The notes under the pieces were generated by a model, which made no database searches, had not been told where the DNA came from, and worked only from the letters and a program-made list of their open reading frames with translations. DNA of 64,000 bases from Gemmatimonas phototrophica (GTDB lineage Bacteria > Latescibacterota > UBA2968 > UBA8231): assembly GCA_945861755.1 (NCBI GenBank), contig CAMAVQ010000004.1:15086-79085 (forward strand), in the 5' to 3' direction. Made by a program: the position numbers and the translations under genes. Below are positions 9,338-19,580 of the stretch, piece by piece (the stretch's first letter is position 1; each line of letters starts with the position of its first letter).

Positions 9338-10315
9338 ATGAAAGCCATGCTCATCGACGAACAGAGCCCCGAGCGCGCCCTGCGCTGGGCCGAAGTCCCC
9401 GATCCGGTCCCTGGGCCGGGAGAAGTGCTGGTGGATATCCATGCCACTGCCGTCAACCGGGCCGACCTACTGCAACGGGCCGGCAACTACCCGCCTCCTC
9501 CGGGTGCCCCGCCCTATCTGGGGCTGGAGATGGCCGGGGTGGTGGCCGGACTGGGCGCTGGGGTGAAGGGTTGGCAGCCGGGCGAGCGGGTCTGCGCCTT
9601 GCTGGCCGGGGGCGGATACGCCGAAAAGGTGGCGGTGCCGGAGCAGTTGCTGGTGCGCCTGCCTGCGGATTGGGATTTCGCCAAGGCCGCCGCCTTCCCC
9701 GAGGTCTTCTACACCGCCTTCGTCAACCTCTTCGTGGAAGCCCAACTGCAGCCAGGCGAGTCGGTGCTGATCCACGGAGGGGCCAGCGGGGTGGGCACTG
9801 CGGCGATCCAGTTGGCATGCGCCGCAGAGTGTCGGGTGGCGGTCACTGCCGGCACCCCAGTCAAGCGGACCCGCTGCCTGGAACTGGGGGCCGAGTTGGC
9901 CATCGACTACCGCGAAAGCGATTTCGCCGAGGTGGTGCTGGAGCGCCTGGGCGGGGTGGATGTAATCCTCGACATTTCGGGCGGGGCGTACCTGGAGCGA
10001 AATCTAAAGATCCTCAACCTCAAAGGCCGGCTGGTGCTCATCGCCCTGCTGGGCGGCCCCACCGCTCCCATCGACCTGGGCCTGATGCTGCGCAGGCGGC
10101 TGCGGCTGATCGGCTCGGTGCTGCGCAGCCGCTTGCTAGAGGAGAAAACCGCCATTGTCCAGGGATTCGCTGCGCGTTTCTGGCCCCTGCTGGTGGCGGG
10201 CCGCATCGCGCCGGTGATCGAGACGGTGCTGCCCATCCAGCAGGCCGCCGAGGCGCACCAACTGCTGGCGGAAAACCGCAATATCGGCAAGGTAGTACTC
10301 ACTGTGAGGGAATGA
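9338..10315 (+). CDS. NAD(P)H:quinone oxidoreductase (MDR/zeta-crystallin, PIG3-like)
   Basis: 325 aa. VLVDIHATAVNRADLLQRAGNYPPPPGAPPYLGLEMAGVV...IHGGASGVGTAAIQ...GKVVL. Confidence 0.85.
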   Translation: MKAMLIDEQSPERALRWAEVPDPVPGPGEVLVDIHATAVNRADLLQRAGNYPPPPGAPPYLGLEMAGVVAGLGAGVKGWQPGERVCALLAGGGYAEKVAVPEQLLVRLPADWDFAKAAAFPEVFYTAFVNLFVEAQLQPGESVLIHGGASGVGTAAIQLACAAECRVAVTAGTPVKRTRCLELGAELAIDYRESDFAEVVLERLGGVDVILDISGGAYLERNLKILNLKGRLVLIALLGGPTAPIDLGLMLRRRLRLIGSVLRSRLLEEKTAIVQGFAARFWPLLVAGRIAPVIETVLPIQQAAEAHQLLAENRNIGKVVLTVRE

Positions 10316-10319
10316 ACCC

Positions 10320-11381
10320 ATGACCACACCCACCCGCTACCGGGAAATAAACGTCAGCGGCCCGCCCTTTGTGTTGGGCTGCCAGCTCGGCGAGGCCGCC
10401 CGCGAGGAGGTGCGCGGCTTTGCGGCTATCGCCCTGGAAAGGGTGAACAAGACGGTGCAGATCTCGCGCGCCAAAGCCATGGAACTGGCCGCCGCCAGCC
10501 TGCCCCACATCGAGGCGTACAGCCCTGCCATGCTCGAAGAATTGCGCGGGGTGGCCCACAGCTCGGGGGTGCCGATAGAGGAACTGATCCTATTGCAGGT
10601 CCGCAACCAGCTCCAGCCCGAGAAAGAAGCCGGCTGCACCTCCTTTGCCCTGGCGTCCCAGACCGCAGGACCCGGAAGCGTGGTGGGCCAGAACTGGGAC
10701 AACGACCCGGCTCTGGACCCCTACACGGTGGTGCTCACCCGCCGGCCCGAGGGCAAGCCGGCCCTGATGAACGTCACCCAGGCCGGCCTGATCGCCTATA
10801 TCGGCCTCAACAGCGAAGGTCTGGGCCTGTGCCTGAACACCCTGCCAGCCCCAAGCCGGCCCCTGGGTGTGCCGCATTATTTCATGGTGCGCGGCATCTT
10901 CGAAGCCACCTCGCTCGACGGGGCGGTAGCAGCCGTGGCCCGCGCCCAGCGGGCCATTCCCGCCAACATCATCCTGGCCACCCCACAGGGACCGGCGGAT
11001 ATGGAAGTGACCGTGGACCAAGTCCACGTGCTGCGCGACCAGGGCGGCGGTCTGGTCACCCACACCAACCACTGCCTGCACCCGGACCTGACACCCATCA
11101 ACGACTCTTTTCCCGAGTTGATCCAATCCGGGCCGCGCAAAGAGCGCCTCGACCACCTGCTGCAAGCGGCAGGCGGACCGGTGGGCATAGAAACCCTCAA
11201 ACAGGCCCTGCGCGATCACCAGGACTACCCCCACTCCATCTGCCGGCATGCCAACGACCACCCCATCAACGGGTACTGGGTCAGTGTCTTTTCGGTGATC
11301 ATCGAGGCCGACGCCGGGCGCATGCACCTGAGCCGGGGCAATCCCTGCACCCAACCCTACGAAGTCTACAGCCTCAACTGA
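10320..11381 (+). CDS. C45-family Ntn-hydrolase (acyl-CoA:6-APA acyltransferase-like)
   Basis: 353 aa. Putative nucleophile context EAGCTSFAL. Length and pattern fit peptidase family C45. Confidence 0.65.
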   Translation: MTTPTRYREINVSGPPFVLGCQLGEAAREEVRGFAAIALERVNKTVQISRAKAMELAAASLPHIEAYSPAMLEELRGVAHSSGVPIEELILLQVRNQLQPEKEAGCTSFALASQTAGPGSVVGQNWDNDPALDPYTVVLTRRPEGKPALMNVTQAGLIAYIGLNSEGLGLCLNTLPAPSRPLGVPHYFMVRGIFEATSLDGAVAAVARAQRAIPANIILATPQGPADMEVTVDQVHVLRDQGGGLVTHTNHCLHPDLTPINDSFPELIQSGPRKERLDHLLQAAGGPVGIETLKQALRDHQDYPHSICRHANDHPINGYWVSVFSVIIEADAGRMHLSRGNPCTQPYEVYSLN

Positions 11382-11393
11382 GCGGAGGCGGCG

Positions 11394-12158
11394 ATGGCGC
11401 GTTTTGGCAAGGTGGGCCTCACCGGGGCCAACGGCGTGGTCGGCCGGGTGCTGATGAAAGGCCTGGAACAGGAATACCAGCTCAAGGCCTTCACCCGCCG
11501 GCCCGTGGATTTCCCCTCGACCCTCGTCAACTTCGAGAACGCCGCCCAGGTGCAGGGCGCCTTTGCCGGTTTGGAGGCCATCATCCACCTGGCCGCTGAC
11601 CCCAGCCCAGCAGCGCCCTGGGCAGCGGTGCGGGAGCACAACCTCGAAGGCATGTACCAGGTGTGCGAGGAGTGTCTGCGCTCCGGGGTGAAGCGGCTGA
11701 TCTTCGCCTCCACCAACCACACCCAGCACGGCAACACCATCCTGACCACCCCGGAGACCCTGGACCCGCGCAAGAAAATCCGCATGAAGCTGAGCGATCC
11801 GCCCAACCCCGACTCCCTCTACGCGGTCTCCAAACTCTTTGGGGAAAACATCGGCAAGCTCTACAGCCAGCGGCACGGCCTGGAGTTTGTCGGCCTGCGC
11901 ATCGGCTGGATCGTCGAAGCCGACGACCCCACCATCATGCGGGGCACATTCGCCGAGGACTACCTGCGGGCCATGTTCCTCAGCCACCGCGACTGCGTGC
12001 AGGCCCATTGCCGCGCCCTGGAGGTGGAGGCCAACTACCTGCTGGCCTACGTGGTCAGCAACAATGGCCGGCGGGTCTTCGATCTGGAGGAAACCAGGCG
12101 CACCCTGGGTTTTGTGCCCCAGGACGACGCCGAGACCTACTTCGCTGAGGTGAAATGA
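11394..12158 (+). CDS. NAD-dependent epimerase/dehydratase-fold enzyme, uronate-dehydrogenase-like
   Basis: 254 aa. LTGANGVVG Rossmann motif, FASTNHT, YAVSKLFGENIGKLY (YxxxK), VGLRIG. Confidence 0.7.
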   Translation: MARFGKVGLTGANGVVGRVLMKGLEQEYQLKAFTRRPVDFPSTLVNFENAAQVQGAFAGLEAIIHLAADPSPAAPWAAVREHNLEGMYQVCEECLRSGVKRLIFASTNHTQHGNTILTTPETLDPRKKIRMKLSDPPNPDSLYAVSKLFGENIGKLYSQRHGLEFVGLRIGWIVEADDPTIMRGTFAEDYLRAMFLSHRDCVQAHCRALEVEANYLLAYVVSNNGRRVFDLEETRRTLGFVPQDDAETYFAEVK

Positions 12159-13060
12159 TGGAGAGGCTCAACTACCACGGCTGGCCCCACTCCTGCCGCC
12201 TGCACAATGACACCGTGGAAGTGGTGCTGCTGGCCGATGTGGGGCCGCGCATCATTCGTTTTGGGTTCTTGGGCCAGGAGAACGAGTTCAAGGAATACCC
12301 CGAACTGGCCGGGCAGACGGGCGGGGACCAGTGGAATATCTACGGGGGCCACCGCCTCTGGCACGCCCCCGAGTCCATCCCGCGCACCTACCTGCCCGAC
12401 AACGGCCCGGTGGAGGTGGAGGAGCATCGCGGCTTTGTCCGCCTGATCCAGCCGGCAGAGCTGAGCACCGGCATCCAGAAGGAACTGGATGTCCACCTGG
12501 CCCCGCAGGGGGCGCGCGTGCAGGTGATTCACCGCCTGCGCAACCAGGGCCTGTGGCCGGTGTACCTGGCTCCCTGGGCCCTGTCGGTGATGGCGCCCGG
12601 CGGCTGCGCCATCGCCCCCCTGCCGCCCTATGGGGCGCACGGCGCCCACCTCTTGCCCACCCGCAGCCTGGCCCTGTGGCCCTACACCGACATGCAGGAC
12701 CCGCGCTGGCACTGGGGCACCCGCTATCTGCGGCTGCGCCAGGACCCCGAGGCGGCCACTCCCCAGAAAGCCGGGCTGAACACCCCGGACGGCTGGGTGG
12801 CCTACGCCCGCAATAGCCACCTCTTCGTCAAAAAATTTCACTATATACCCGAGGGCGTGTACCCGGACCTGGGCAGCTCGGTGGAGTTGTTCACCAACGC
12901 GGATATGCTCGAAGTGGAGACCCTGGGCCCGCTGGTCGAGCTGACCCCGGGCAGTCAGGTCGAACACCTGGAGCGCTGGTCGCTTTTTGAGGGGGTGCGC
13001 CCGCCGACCAGCGATGCGGAGGTCGAAGCCGAGGTGTTGCCCCGGGTGCGCGAGGACTGA
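12155..13060 (+). CDS. Conserved hypothetical protein (family not recognised)
   Basis: 301-aa ORF with normal composition and a 4-nt overlap with the upstream gene. No motif I can name. Confidence 0.6.
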   Translation: MMERLNYHGWPHSCRLHNDTVEVVLLADVGPRIIRFGFLGQENEFKEYPELAGQTGGDQWNIYGGHRLWHAPESIPRTYLPDNGPVEVEEHRGFVRLIQPAELSTGIQKELDVHLAPQGARVQVIHRLRNQGLWPVYLAPWALSVMAPGGCAIAPLPPYGAHGAHLLPTRSLALWPYTDMQDPRWHWGTRYLRLRQDPEAATPQKAGLNTPDGWVAYARNSHLFVKKFHYIPEGVYPDLGSSVELFTNADMLEVETLGPLVELTPGSQVEHLERWSLFEGVRPPTSDAEVEAEVLPRVRED

Positions 13061-13061
13061 G

Positions 13062-13802
13062 ATGGCGGAGCAGTCCTACGAGGAGTTGGTGGAGCGCGTC
13101 CGGGCCCTCTCCGGGGTGCGGGTCCGGGAGTTGGGCCAGGTCGGGGAGTACCCCATTTTCGCGGTGGAGCAGGGCAACGACCCGCAGCGGCCCACCGCCC
13201 TGATCACGGGCGGCACCCACGGGGACGAGCCAGCCGGTCCCGCCGCAGTGCTGGAGTTCTGTCGGCAAGGGGCCGGCGCCTGGCTGGAGGGCTTGAATTT
13301 CCTCGCCATCCCCTGCCTCAATCCCCACGGGTACGCACACGGCACCCGCCACAATGGGCAGGATGTGGACATCAACTGGGCGTACAAGCGGGACGATGTG
13401 CCCGAAGTCCAGGTGGTGCGGCAACTGGTGGCCGACCGCCGCTTTGCCTTTGTCATGGACTTTCACGAGGATTGGGAGAGCCCGGGTTTCTACCTGTACG
13501 AGCTGTACCGCAACAGGGTTCCGGTGGGCGCACAGATCATGGAAAGGGTGTCGCCCATCTGTCCGCTCAATACCCAGCCGGTGATCGAAGGACAGCGGGC
13601 CCGGGGCGGGATCATCATCCCCACCGCCGAGAAACACGAAGAACTGCGCGGCGAGGGCATTCCCGTGGTGCTCTTCGACCACCACACCGACCACCTGGTG
13701 GTCACCGAGACCCCCACCGCCCTGTCCCTCGAAAAGCGGGTGCAAGCACAACTGACCGCCCTCGAAGTGGTGGTCGAGGCCCATCTGCCCTCAGCCCAAT
13801 AA
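13062..13802 (+). CDS. M14-family zinc carboxypeptidase-like protein
   Basis: Start at ATG 13062 (MAEQSYEEL). Motifs ITGGTHGDEPAG (HxxE zinc site), NPHG, DFHED. The track ORF starts earlier at 12987. Confidence 0.75.
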   Translation: MAEQSYEELVERVRALSGVRVRELGQVGEYPIFAVEQGNDPQRPTALITGGTHGDEPAGPAAVLEFCRQGAGAWLEGLNFLAIPCLNPHGYAHGTRHNGQDVDINWAYKRDDVPEVQVVRQLVADRRFAFVMDFHEDWESPGFYLYELYRNRVPVGAQIMERVSPICPLNTQPVIEGQRARGGIIIPTAEKHEELRGEGIPVVLFDHHTDHLVVTETPTALSLEKRVQAQLTALEVVVEAHLPSAQ

Positions 13803-13816
13803 GTCGACCTGGCCCC

Positions 13817-15394
13817 ATGAAATCGCGACCACCCAAGAAAGCGCCGGCCCCGCCGGCCACCCTGCCCCTGCTCCAGCGCCTCGACCATCAGTTGGAGGTG
13901 CTGAGCTGGCGCCTGCTCTTGGGGCTGGGCCTGCTGGCCTTCTTGCTGGCGGCCTGGACCTTCGACCCCAAGCTGGCCCTCAGCGGCGACAACACCGAGT
14001 TCATGACCCTGGCCCGCAGCCTGGTCCAGGGCCAGGGCCTCAGCTATATCAGCCTGCCAGATCCCAAGCCGGCCACCAAGTACCCCTTTGGCTTTCCGCT
14101 GATGCTGGCGCCCCTGGAGTGGCTGGCCCCGGGCAACTGGGCCGCTATGAACTGGCTGGTGGTGCTCTTCTTTGCGGCCTCCATCCCGGTGATCTACCTC
14201 CTGGCCCGGGAGCCCCTGGGTCGCCTGCCGGCCCTGCTGGTGGCGCTGTGGTGTGCCACCCTGCCCCTGCTGCTAGACTTCTCCCATCAGGTGATGTCCG
14301 AGGTTCCCTATCTCTTCTTTTCTTTGCTGAGTCTGTGGCTGATCGAGCGGTCGCTGAAGGAAGAAGAAGGGATCATGGGGAACTACTGGTTCATCGGCGG
14401 TTTTGCCGCCATGATGTGGTCTTACTACGTGCGCAGTGCGGGGATCGTGCTGGTGGGGGCCATCTTCCTGTATCTGCTCCTGCAGCGCCGCTTCCGCCAG
14501 AGCCTGGTCCTGGGCGGTGGTGCGGTGCTGGTGGCCCTGCCCTGGTCGCTGCGCAACAGTGCCATCGGCGAAGAGATGTCCTACTTCCGGCAGCTGATTT
14601 CGGTAAATCCCTACTTCCCGGAGCAGGGGACCGTGGACCTGGCCGGCCTGCTGGAGCGGGTCCAGTTCAACGCCCAGGCGTATCTGTCCCGCATCTTGCC
14701 GCAGATCTTCTGGCCCACTGAAACCGGAAATGGCGCACCGCTGGTCTCGGCAATCCTGGTGGGCTTGGTGTTCTACGCGACCATTGTCTGTATCCGGCGG
14801 CGGCAGCATCGGTTGCTGCCCCTGTACGCAGGGCTCTATATCGCCCTGGTGCTGATGTGGCCCTCCCAGTGGACCGACGCCCGCTTCCTGGCGCCGCTGA
14901 CCCCAGTGCTGATCTTTCTGGCCGTGCTGGCAGCGGCCGACCTGCTGGAGAAACGCCCTCACCTGCGATTGCCGGGGATGGTGGTGGCCGGTGCCTTTCT
15001 GGCCGGGGTGCTGGTCCTCAACCTGGGCGCCCTGAACCGCCTCGCCCAGGCCGGCAAAGGCGACTATCCCCCGGCCTGGCGCAACTACTATGCCGCCGGC
15101 CAGTGGCTCAAGGCCAATACCCCGGCAGATGCGGTGATCTGCTGCCGCAAGGACTACTGGCTCTACATCGTCGCCGATCGCCCCTGCATGGTCTACCCCT
15201 TCAAGGAGCCCGCCGAGATCCTCGCCAGCATGGAGCAACACGGCGTGGACTACGTAGTGGTGGACCAATTGGGGTTCTCCTCCACCCCGCGTTTTTTGGT
15301 GCCGGCCATCCAGCAGTACCCCGAGCGTTTCGAGATCGCCTGGCAGCAGCCCGGCCCGGACACCTTTGTCCTGCGCGTTCTGCCCCCAAAATAA
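13817..15394 (+). CDS. Polytopic membrane glycosyltransferase, GT39/ArnT(PMT)-like
   Basis: Start at ATG 13817 (MKSRPPKK). About 525 aa with more than 10 hydrophobic helices and a C-terminal soluble domain. The 5' extension in the track ORF (13472) is Arg/Pro-rich and overlaps the M14 gene. Confidence 0.65.
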   Translation: MKSRPPKKAPAPPATLPLLQRLDHQLEVLSWRLLLGLGLLAFLLAAWTFDPKLALSGDNTEFMTLARSLVQGQGLSYISLPDPKPATKYPFGFPLMLAPLEWLAPGNWAAMNWLVVLFFAASIPVIYLLAREPLGRLPALLVALWCATLPLLLDFSHQVMSEVPYLFFSLLSLWLIERSLKEEEGIMGNYWFIGGFAAMMWSYYVRSAGIVLVGAIFLYLLLQRRFRQSLVLGGGAVLVALPWSLRNSAIGEEMSYFRQLISVNPYFPEQGTVDLAGLLERVQFNAQAYLSRILPQIFWPTETGNGAPLVSAILVGLVFYATIVCIRRRQHRLLPLYAGLYIALVLMWPSQWTDARFLAPLTPVLIFLAVLAAADLLEKRPHLRLPGMVVAGAFLAGVLVLNLGALNRLAQAGKGDYPPAWRNYYAAGQWLKANTPADAVICCRKDYWLYIVADRPCMVYPFKEPAEILASMEQHGVDYVVVDQLGFSSTPRFLVPAIQQYPERFEIAWQQPGPDTFVLRVLPPK

Positions 15395-15456
15395 TCTGCT
15401 GAGATGATAGGTGCCTCTGCGCCGCACCTCGGCCTTCATCCGGGACCGTGTGCCCA

Positions 15457-16341
15457 ATGACCACTATACTGAACAACCCATACGCAGATACGAGAGGGCA
15501 GTGGATACGCGGCAGCTTCCACGGCCACTGCCGCGAAAACAGCGCCTGCGCCTCGGTGCCCCTGGCTGAGAGTGTGCGCCGCTACCGGGAATTGGGCGTG
15601 GGCTTCGTGACCCTGACCGACCACGACGTGATCACCGACCTGTCGGCGATACGGGCGCGTTATCCCGAACTGGCCTTGCTGCACGGCTTTGAGTACAGCA
15701 CCCGCGAAAACATCGTTTTTGTGGGGCCAGAGGTGGAGCCGCTTTTCAAGCTGCCGCTGGAGGAAGCCCTGCAGCGGGCCAGCGCCCTGCTCACCGTGGT
15801 CTGCCATCCCCAACCCTCTGCTTCGGGCCGCGAGTACTGGACCCTGGACAAACTCGCGGCCTTGGGTACCTGGCCAGATGGCATCGAGGTGTACAACGGC
15901 CACTACGGCATTCCCAGCGCCCTGGCCCAAGGCCGCTGGCCGCTCTACACCCCGATCTGGGATGAGTTGCTCAGCGCCGGCCACCGGCTCTGGGGTTTCG
16001 CCAACGACGATTTCCACGATCCGGAAGATTTCGACAATGCCTTCAACATGGTGCTGGTCGAGGAGACGACACCCAGGGGGGTCGTGGCGGCAGCCAAGCG
16101 AGGTCGCAGTTACGCTTCTACCGGACTGCTGCTCAAAGCGCTGACGGTGGAAGAGGACCAGGTTTTCGTGGAGACCGACGCGCCCTGCCAGGGCCTCTTC
16201 ATCGGCCCCGGGGGTGAACAATTGGCAAAGGGCGAGGGCAACCGCTTTGCCTACCGCGCCGGCAGTGAAAGCTATGTGCGCTTCCAGGCCGAAGGGGAGA
16301 CCGGGCGGCTGTTCTTGCAGCCGATGTTCGGGGAAAAGTAG
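15457..16341 (+). CDS. PHP-family metal-dependent phosphoesterase-like protein
   Basis: GSFHGHCRENS...VTLTDHD...NDDFHD resemble the histidine/aspartate metal motifs of the PHP fold. ATG at 15457. The track start at 15448 is GTG. Confidence 0.6.
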   Translation: MTTILNNPYADTRGQWIRGSFHGHCRENSACASVPLAESVRRYRELGVGFVTLTDHDVITDLSAIRARYPELALLHGFEYSTRENIVFVGPEVEPLFKLPLEEALQRASALLTVVCHPQPSASGREYWTLDKLAALGTWPDGIEVYNGHYGIPSALAQGRWPLYTPIWDELLSAGHRLWGFANDDFHDPEDFDNAFNMVLVEETTPRGVVAAAKRGRSYASTGLLLKALTVEEDQVFVETDAPCQGLFIGPGGEQLAKGEGNRFAYRAGSESYVRFQAEGETGRLFLQPMFGEK

Positions 16342-16498
16342 CGTGTCCCTAGGTCACCCACCAACCAACTGCGGGGCAGATGGGCACGCCAGCAGTTCCC
16401 CCAGTGGCGAATGGTTGGTGAGCAGAACATCGGTGCCCTGGGCTTGGGCTGGCAGAAGTCGACGGGAACGGCGATTCTACGCGCAGGTAGTTCCCACC

Positions 16499-19345
16499 TC
16501 ACTGGGAGAGGAACTTGCGGTAGGTCGCCAGCGCCTCCGGCCCCTCGGTGGTGATGCGGAATGGGTTCGTTTCCTTAAACGAGGGACCGCCGATCCCCCA
16601 GCTATAGACATTGACGAGCGTGGCACCGTGGTTGAAACTGCGGGCGAGGTAGGTCTCCATGGTCATGCCCGAGTCGCCGGCCGGAGGAAGGAGATTGGTG
16701 CCCTCGGACGACGCCCACTCCGGCACGCCGTGCAGCGATCGCTCCTCCAGGATCTGGTCAAAGAGCCCTGCCACGGGGTACGTACTGAACCCCGGGCGCG
16801 CGTTGGCGGCGAACGCCACAGATGGCCGCTGCGAGCTGCGCATCATATCGACCAGGATCTCGTAGGTCGCGTTGGGCGGAACCGTCAGCGTGGCAAACTG
16901 CGCCTTGGTCAAAAAGGCGACATGCGTGTAGATCCGCGTGGGGTCGATCCCCGCCTGCGCCAATCCGCTCGTCCACAGACCGACGAACTCGGCGACGATG
17001 GAGGCGACCTCGGCGCTCACGTTCGACGGCGGATGACCAGGGCCGAAGCCGCGATTCGCGAGGGCGTGAAAACCCACCCGCTCCATCGTGACCACGTCCT
17101 GCCCCATGTGGCTCTCCCAGCCCGCGATGACGCCGGCGAAGAGGTGCTCCTTCCCCTGGGCCTTGAGGATCGCCAACTGAGAGACGATCTCCGCGCCGAT
17201 CACCTCACGCGCACGGCGGGTCACCTCCGCCTGAATCTTTGGCGCGTTGAAGCACATCCTCGCCGGAGGTTGAGCCCAGTCGAGTAATAGCCCGGTGCTG
17301 AGCTTGCCCGAAAAGTCCGTCCACTCCACATTGGCGGGATCTCCGATGAGATCGGTGCGGTTGCTCCAAAACATGGCATCATCGAGGTGAAACCCGACGG
17401 CGATGTTCTCGGCGAGGGCAATCGCGAACCCGTCGTCGATGATCTGCTGGGCCTCGGCGTCGGTGTGGTCGAACGAGATCGGACCGAGGACGAACGCCAG
17501 CTTCGCACGCGCGCCGCCCGTGACGCCGATCGTCGTGACGAGGTCGTGCGCGATGGCGGCGATCTTCGCTTTCGGGGTGTAGACCATGACCTGGTCGAAG
17601 GGGATCGTCGGATCGGGTCCCCCCTCGAAAATCTGGAAGGCGAGGTAGCGAGGTTCGGTTCCCGTGAGCGGCTTGAGGTTTTCGGGAAGTGCCGACCCCA
17701 AGGGTGACCCCTCATCGATACACCCCGCCAATACCATCGAAGGCAGCAGGCGGAACCAGTACTCGGGAGATTTGGTCTGGCGAAGGTCGCCGTTGGGCAG
17801 GCGCAGCAGCCCGTACTCATAGGCGCGCACATTGCCGTGGTTGTACAGGTTGATCGCCTCCAGAAAAGCCGAGATCCGCCCCCTGGGGGTGTCGAAAAAT
17901 CGGCTCAGGCGCAGATCCAGCCGGTGAAAGGCGGGGTAGTTCCGACCATAAGGAGCGCCGGTTTCTTCGTACACATAGCGCTGGCCGTCGGGCAAGGTGC
18001 CCACGCGCAGGAACCGTTCGGTATAGGGCCAGCCGCTGCGATACTGCCAGGCCAGGTTCAGGTGCCACTTGGGCCTGGGCCGGTAATTGGCGTCCAGATA
18101 GAAAGTACGCCGCTGGTCGTACCGGCCCGGCAACTCCTGATCGAGGGCAAGCTGGCCCGTCTCGATCTGTTCGCGGCTCCAGGCCAGGCCGTAACTGGCC
18201 CACCAGGTGAATTCCCTGCCCACCTCCTGTTTCAGGTAGACCTCCAGTCCTTTGGCTGTCGCCCCGCTCAGGTCGAGGGCCACTCGGTCGTCCTGCAGTT
18301 CGGGGAAGATCTCGATGGCATCGTGCCAATTGCGGTACACCGGGGGCAGGTGCGCGGCTTTCTCGTAATAAGCCTCCGCCCTCAGCTGCGGTCCGCCGGC
18401 AAAATGGTGCTCCAGCCCTACCACCCAGTGGGTGGACTCTTCTGATGGAAAAAACGCCCGCTCGCCTTCTTCCACCCGCAACCCGCTCAGACCCTGGGAC
18501 TGGCAAAAGCGCCCCCAGCCGGCGCGCAGCGAGGTCTGCTTGCCCAGGGTATAGAGTAGATTGAGGCGCGGGCTGAAGCGGCCTGCTCCCGCGTACGAGG
18601 CGCGGTCGTAGCGCAGGCCCGCTTCCGCCTTGAGCGGCGCGGCCAGCGAAATGCGGGCGGCCAGGTACCCTGCCCCCCGATTTCCCGCAGGCTCCAGCCG
18701 GACCTGGGTGGTGTCGGTCCAGTGGCGGAGACTGTCGCCGAGCACCTGGTCCTGTTCCTTCTGGCTCAGATAGTCGTACTGGGCCGATACCCGTCGCAGA
18801 TCCGTGCCCCACTTGAGAAAAAGATCCTCCCCTGCTTCCCATCTCCAGTCTTGCTTAAAACCCCAGAACCCGGCGTCGCGCTCGTCGCTGACCCGGAAAT
18901 CCACCCGGTCGTTCCCCCCTTCAAAGGCCAGGCCTTCGCGCTGGTGGTCGCCCTGTCCGCGGGCCAGCAGGGTCTGGGCCAGGAGATGCGGGCCAAAGGT
19001 GGAGCTGAGGGTCAGCCAGGTATAGGTGTTCTGGTATTTGGTGTTCGAGATATCGCGGTCGTCCTCGACAAAATCCATCTGGTCCTGCGCCCCCAGGAAA
19101 TGGGCAAAGAGGGTGTGGCGCTCGTCGAGGCGGTACCCGACCTTGGCCAGCGCGTCGTAATAGGTGGGCTTGGGCGCCTCGTCTTCGCCCATCAGATCCA
19201 GCACCAGATCCAGGTAGCCCCGCCGGGCCGATACCATCCAGTTGCCCCGGGCAAAATCGCCCCGCGCAAAGGCCCGGGTGTTCATCAGGCCGATCCCGGC
19301 GCCCACCTGGCGCTGGCCAGGCGGCGGCCGGGCGGGGTACCGCAC
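16499..19345 (-). pseudogene. Chimeric ORF: plug-less TonB-dependent-receptor beta-barrel fragment fused in frame to a ~410-aa lipoprotein-like domain
   Basis: The N-terminal ~535 aa are TBDR barrel-like (WMVSARRGYLDLVLD..., alternating strands, ...EYWFRLLPS) with no plug or TonB box. An orphan signal peptide MQTVYPSMLLAVLILCTS starts at 19397 in a different frame. At about 17740 the last barrel strand runs directly into MVLAGCIDEG, a lipobox remnant. An unrelated soluble domain then continues to 16499. Confidence 0.6.
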
Positions 19346-19473
19346 TGGTGCACAAGATCAAAACCGCCAGCAGCATCGAAGGATAAACGGTCTGCATGAT
19401 GACCCCTTTGGCAACAACCACCCGGAAAGTACTACCTCGGCCCCCAGCTCAACACCCGAGCCCCTCCCTGTGC

Positions 19474-19502
19474 TTGACCGGGTCCCTCCCCATTGGTTAG
19501 AT
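19474..19502 (+). promoter_or_regulatory. Candidate sigma70 promoter for rmlD (TTGACC-17 nt-TTAGAT)
   Basis: TTGACC at 19474-19479, a 17-nt spacer, then TTAGAT at 19497-19502, about 80 nt upstream of the rmlD ATG. Confidence 0.3.
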
Positions 19503-19580
19503 TAACCACGCCAGGGCGTGCCTTAGCTCCAAGTCTGTACTATACAAAAGACTTATCCCTTCCGCCTTCCCCTTATAGGC

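Noticed and set aside
10590-12008. Very long antisense or alternative-frame ORFs in the track. Examples: 10590-12008 (-) 472 aa, 22622-24784 5' part, 13472-13816, 6095-7405, 46709-48316 5' part, 52759-54294, 60727-61953.
   Set aside because: They are Arg/Pro/Gly/Ala-rich with no recognisable motifs. They lie opposite or out of frame to genes with clear family signatures. Open antisense frames are expected at this GC content.
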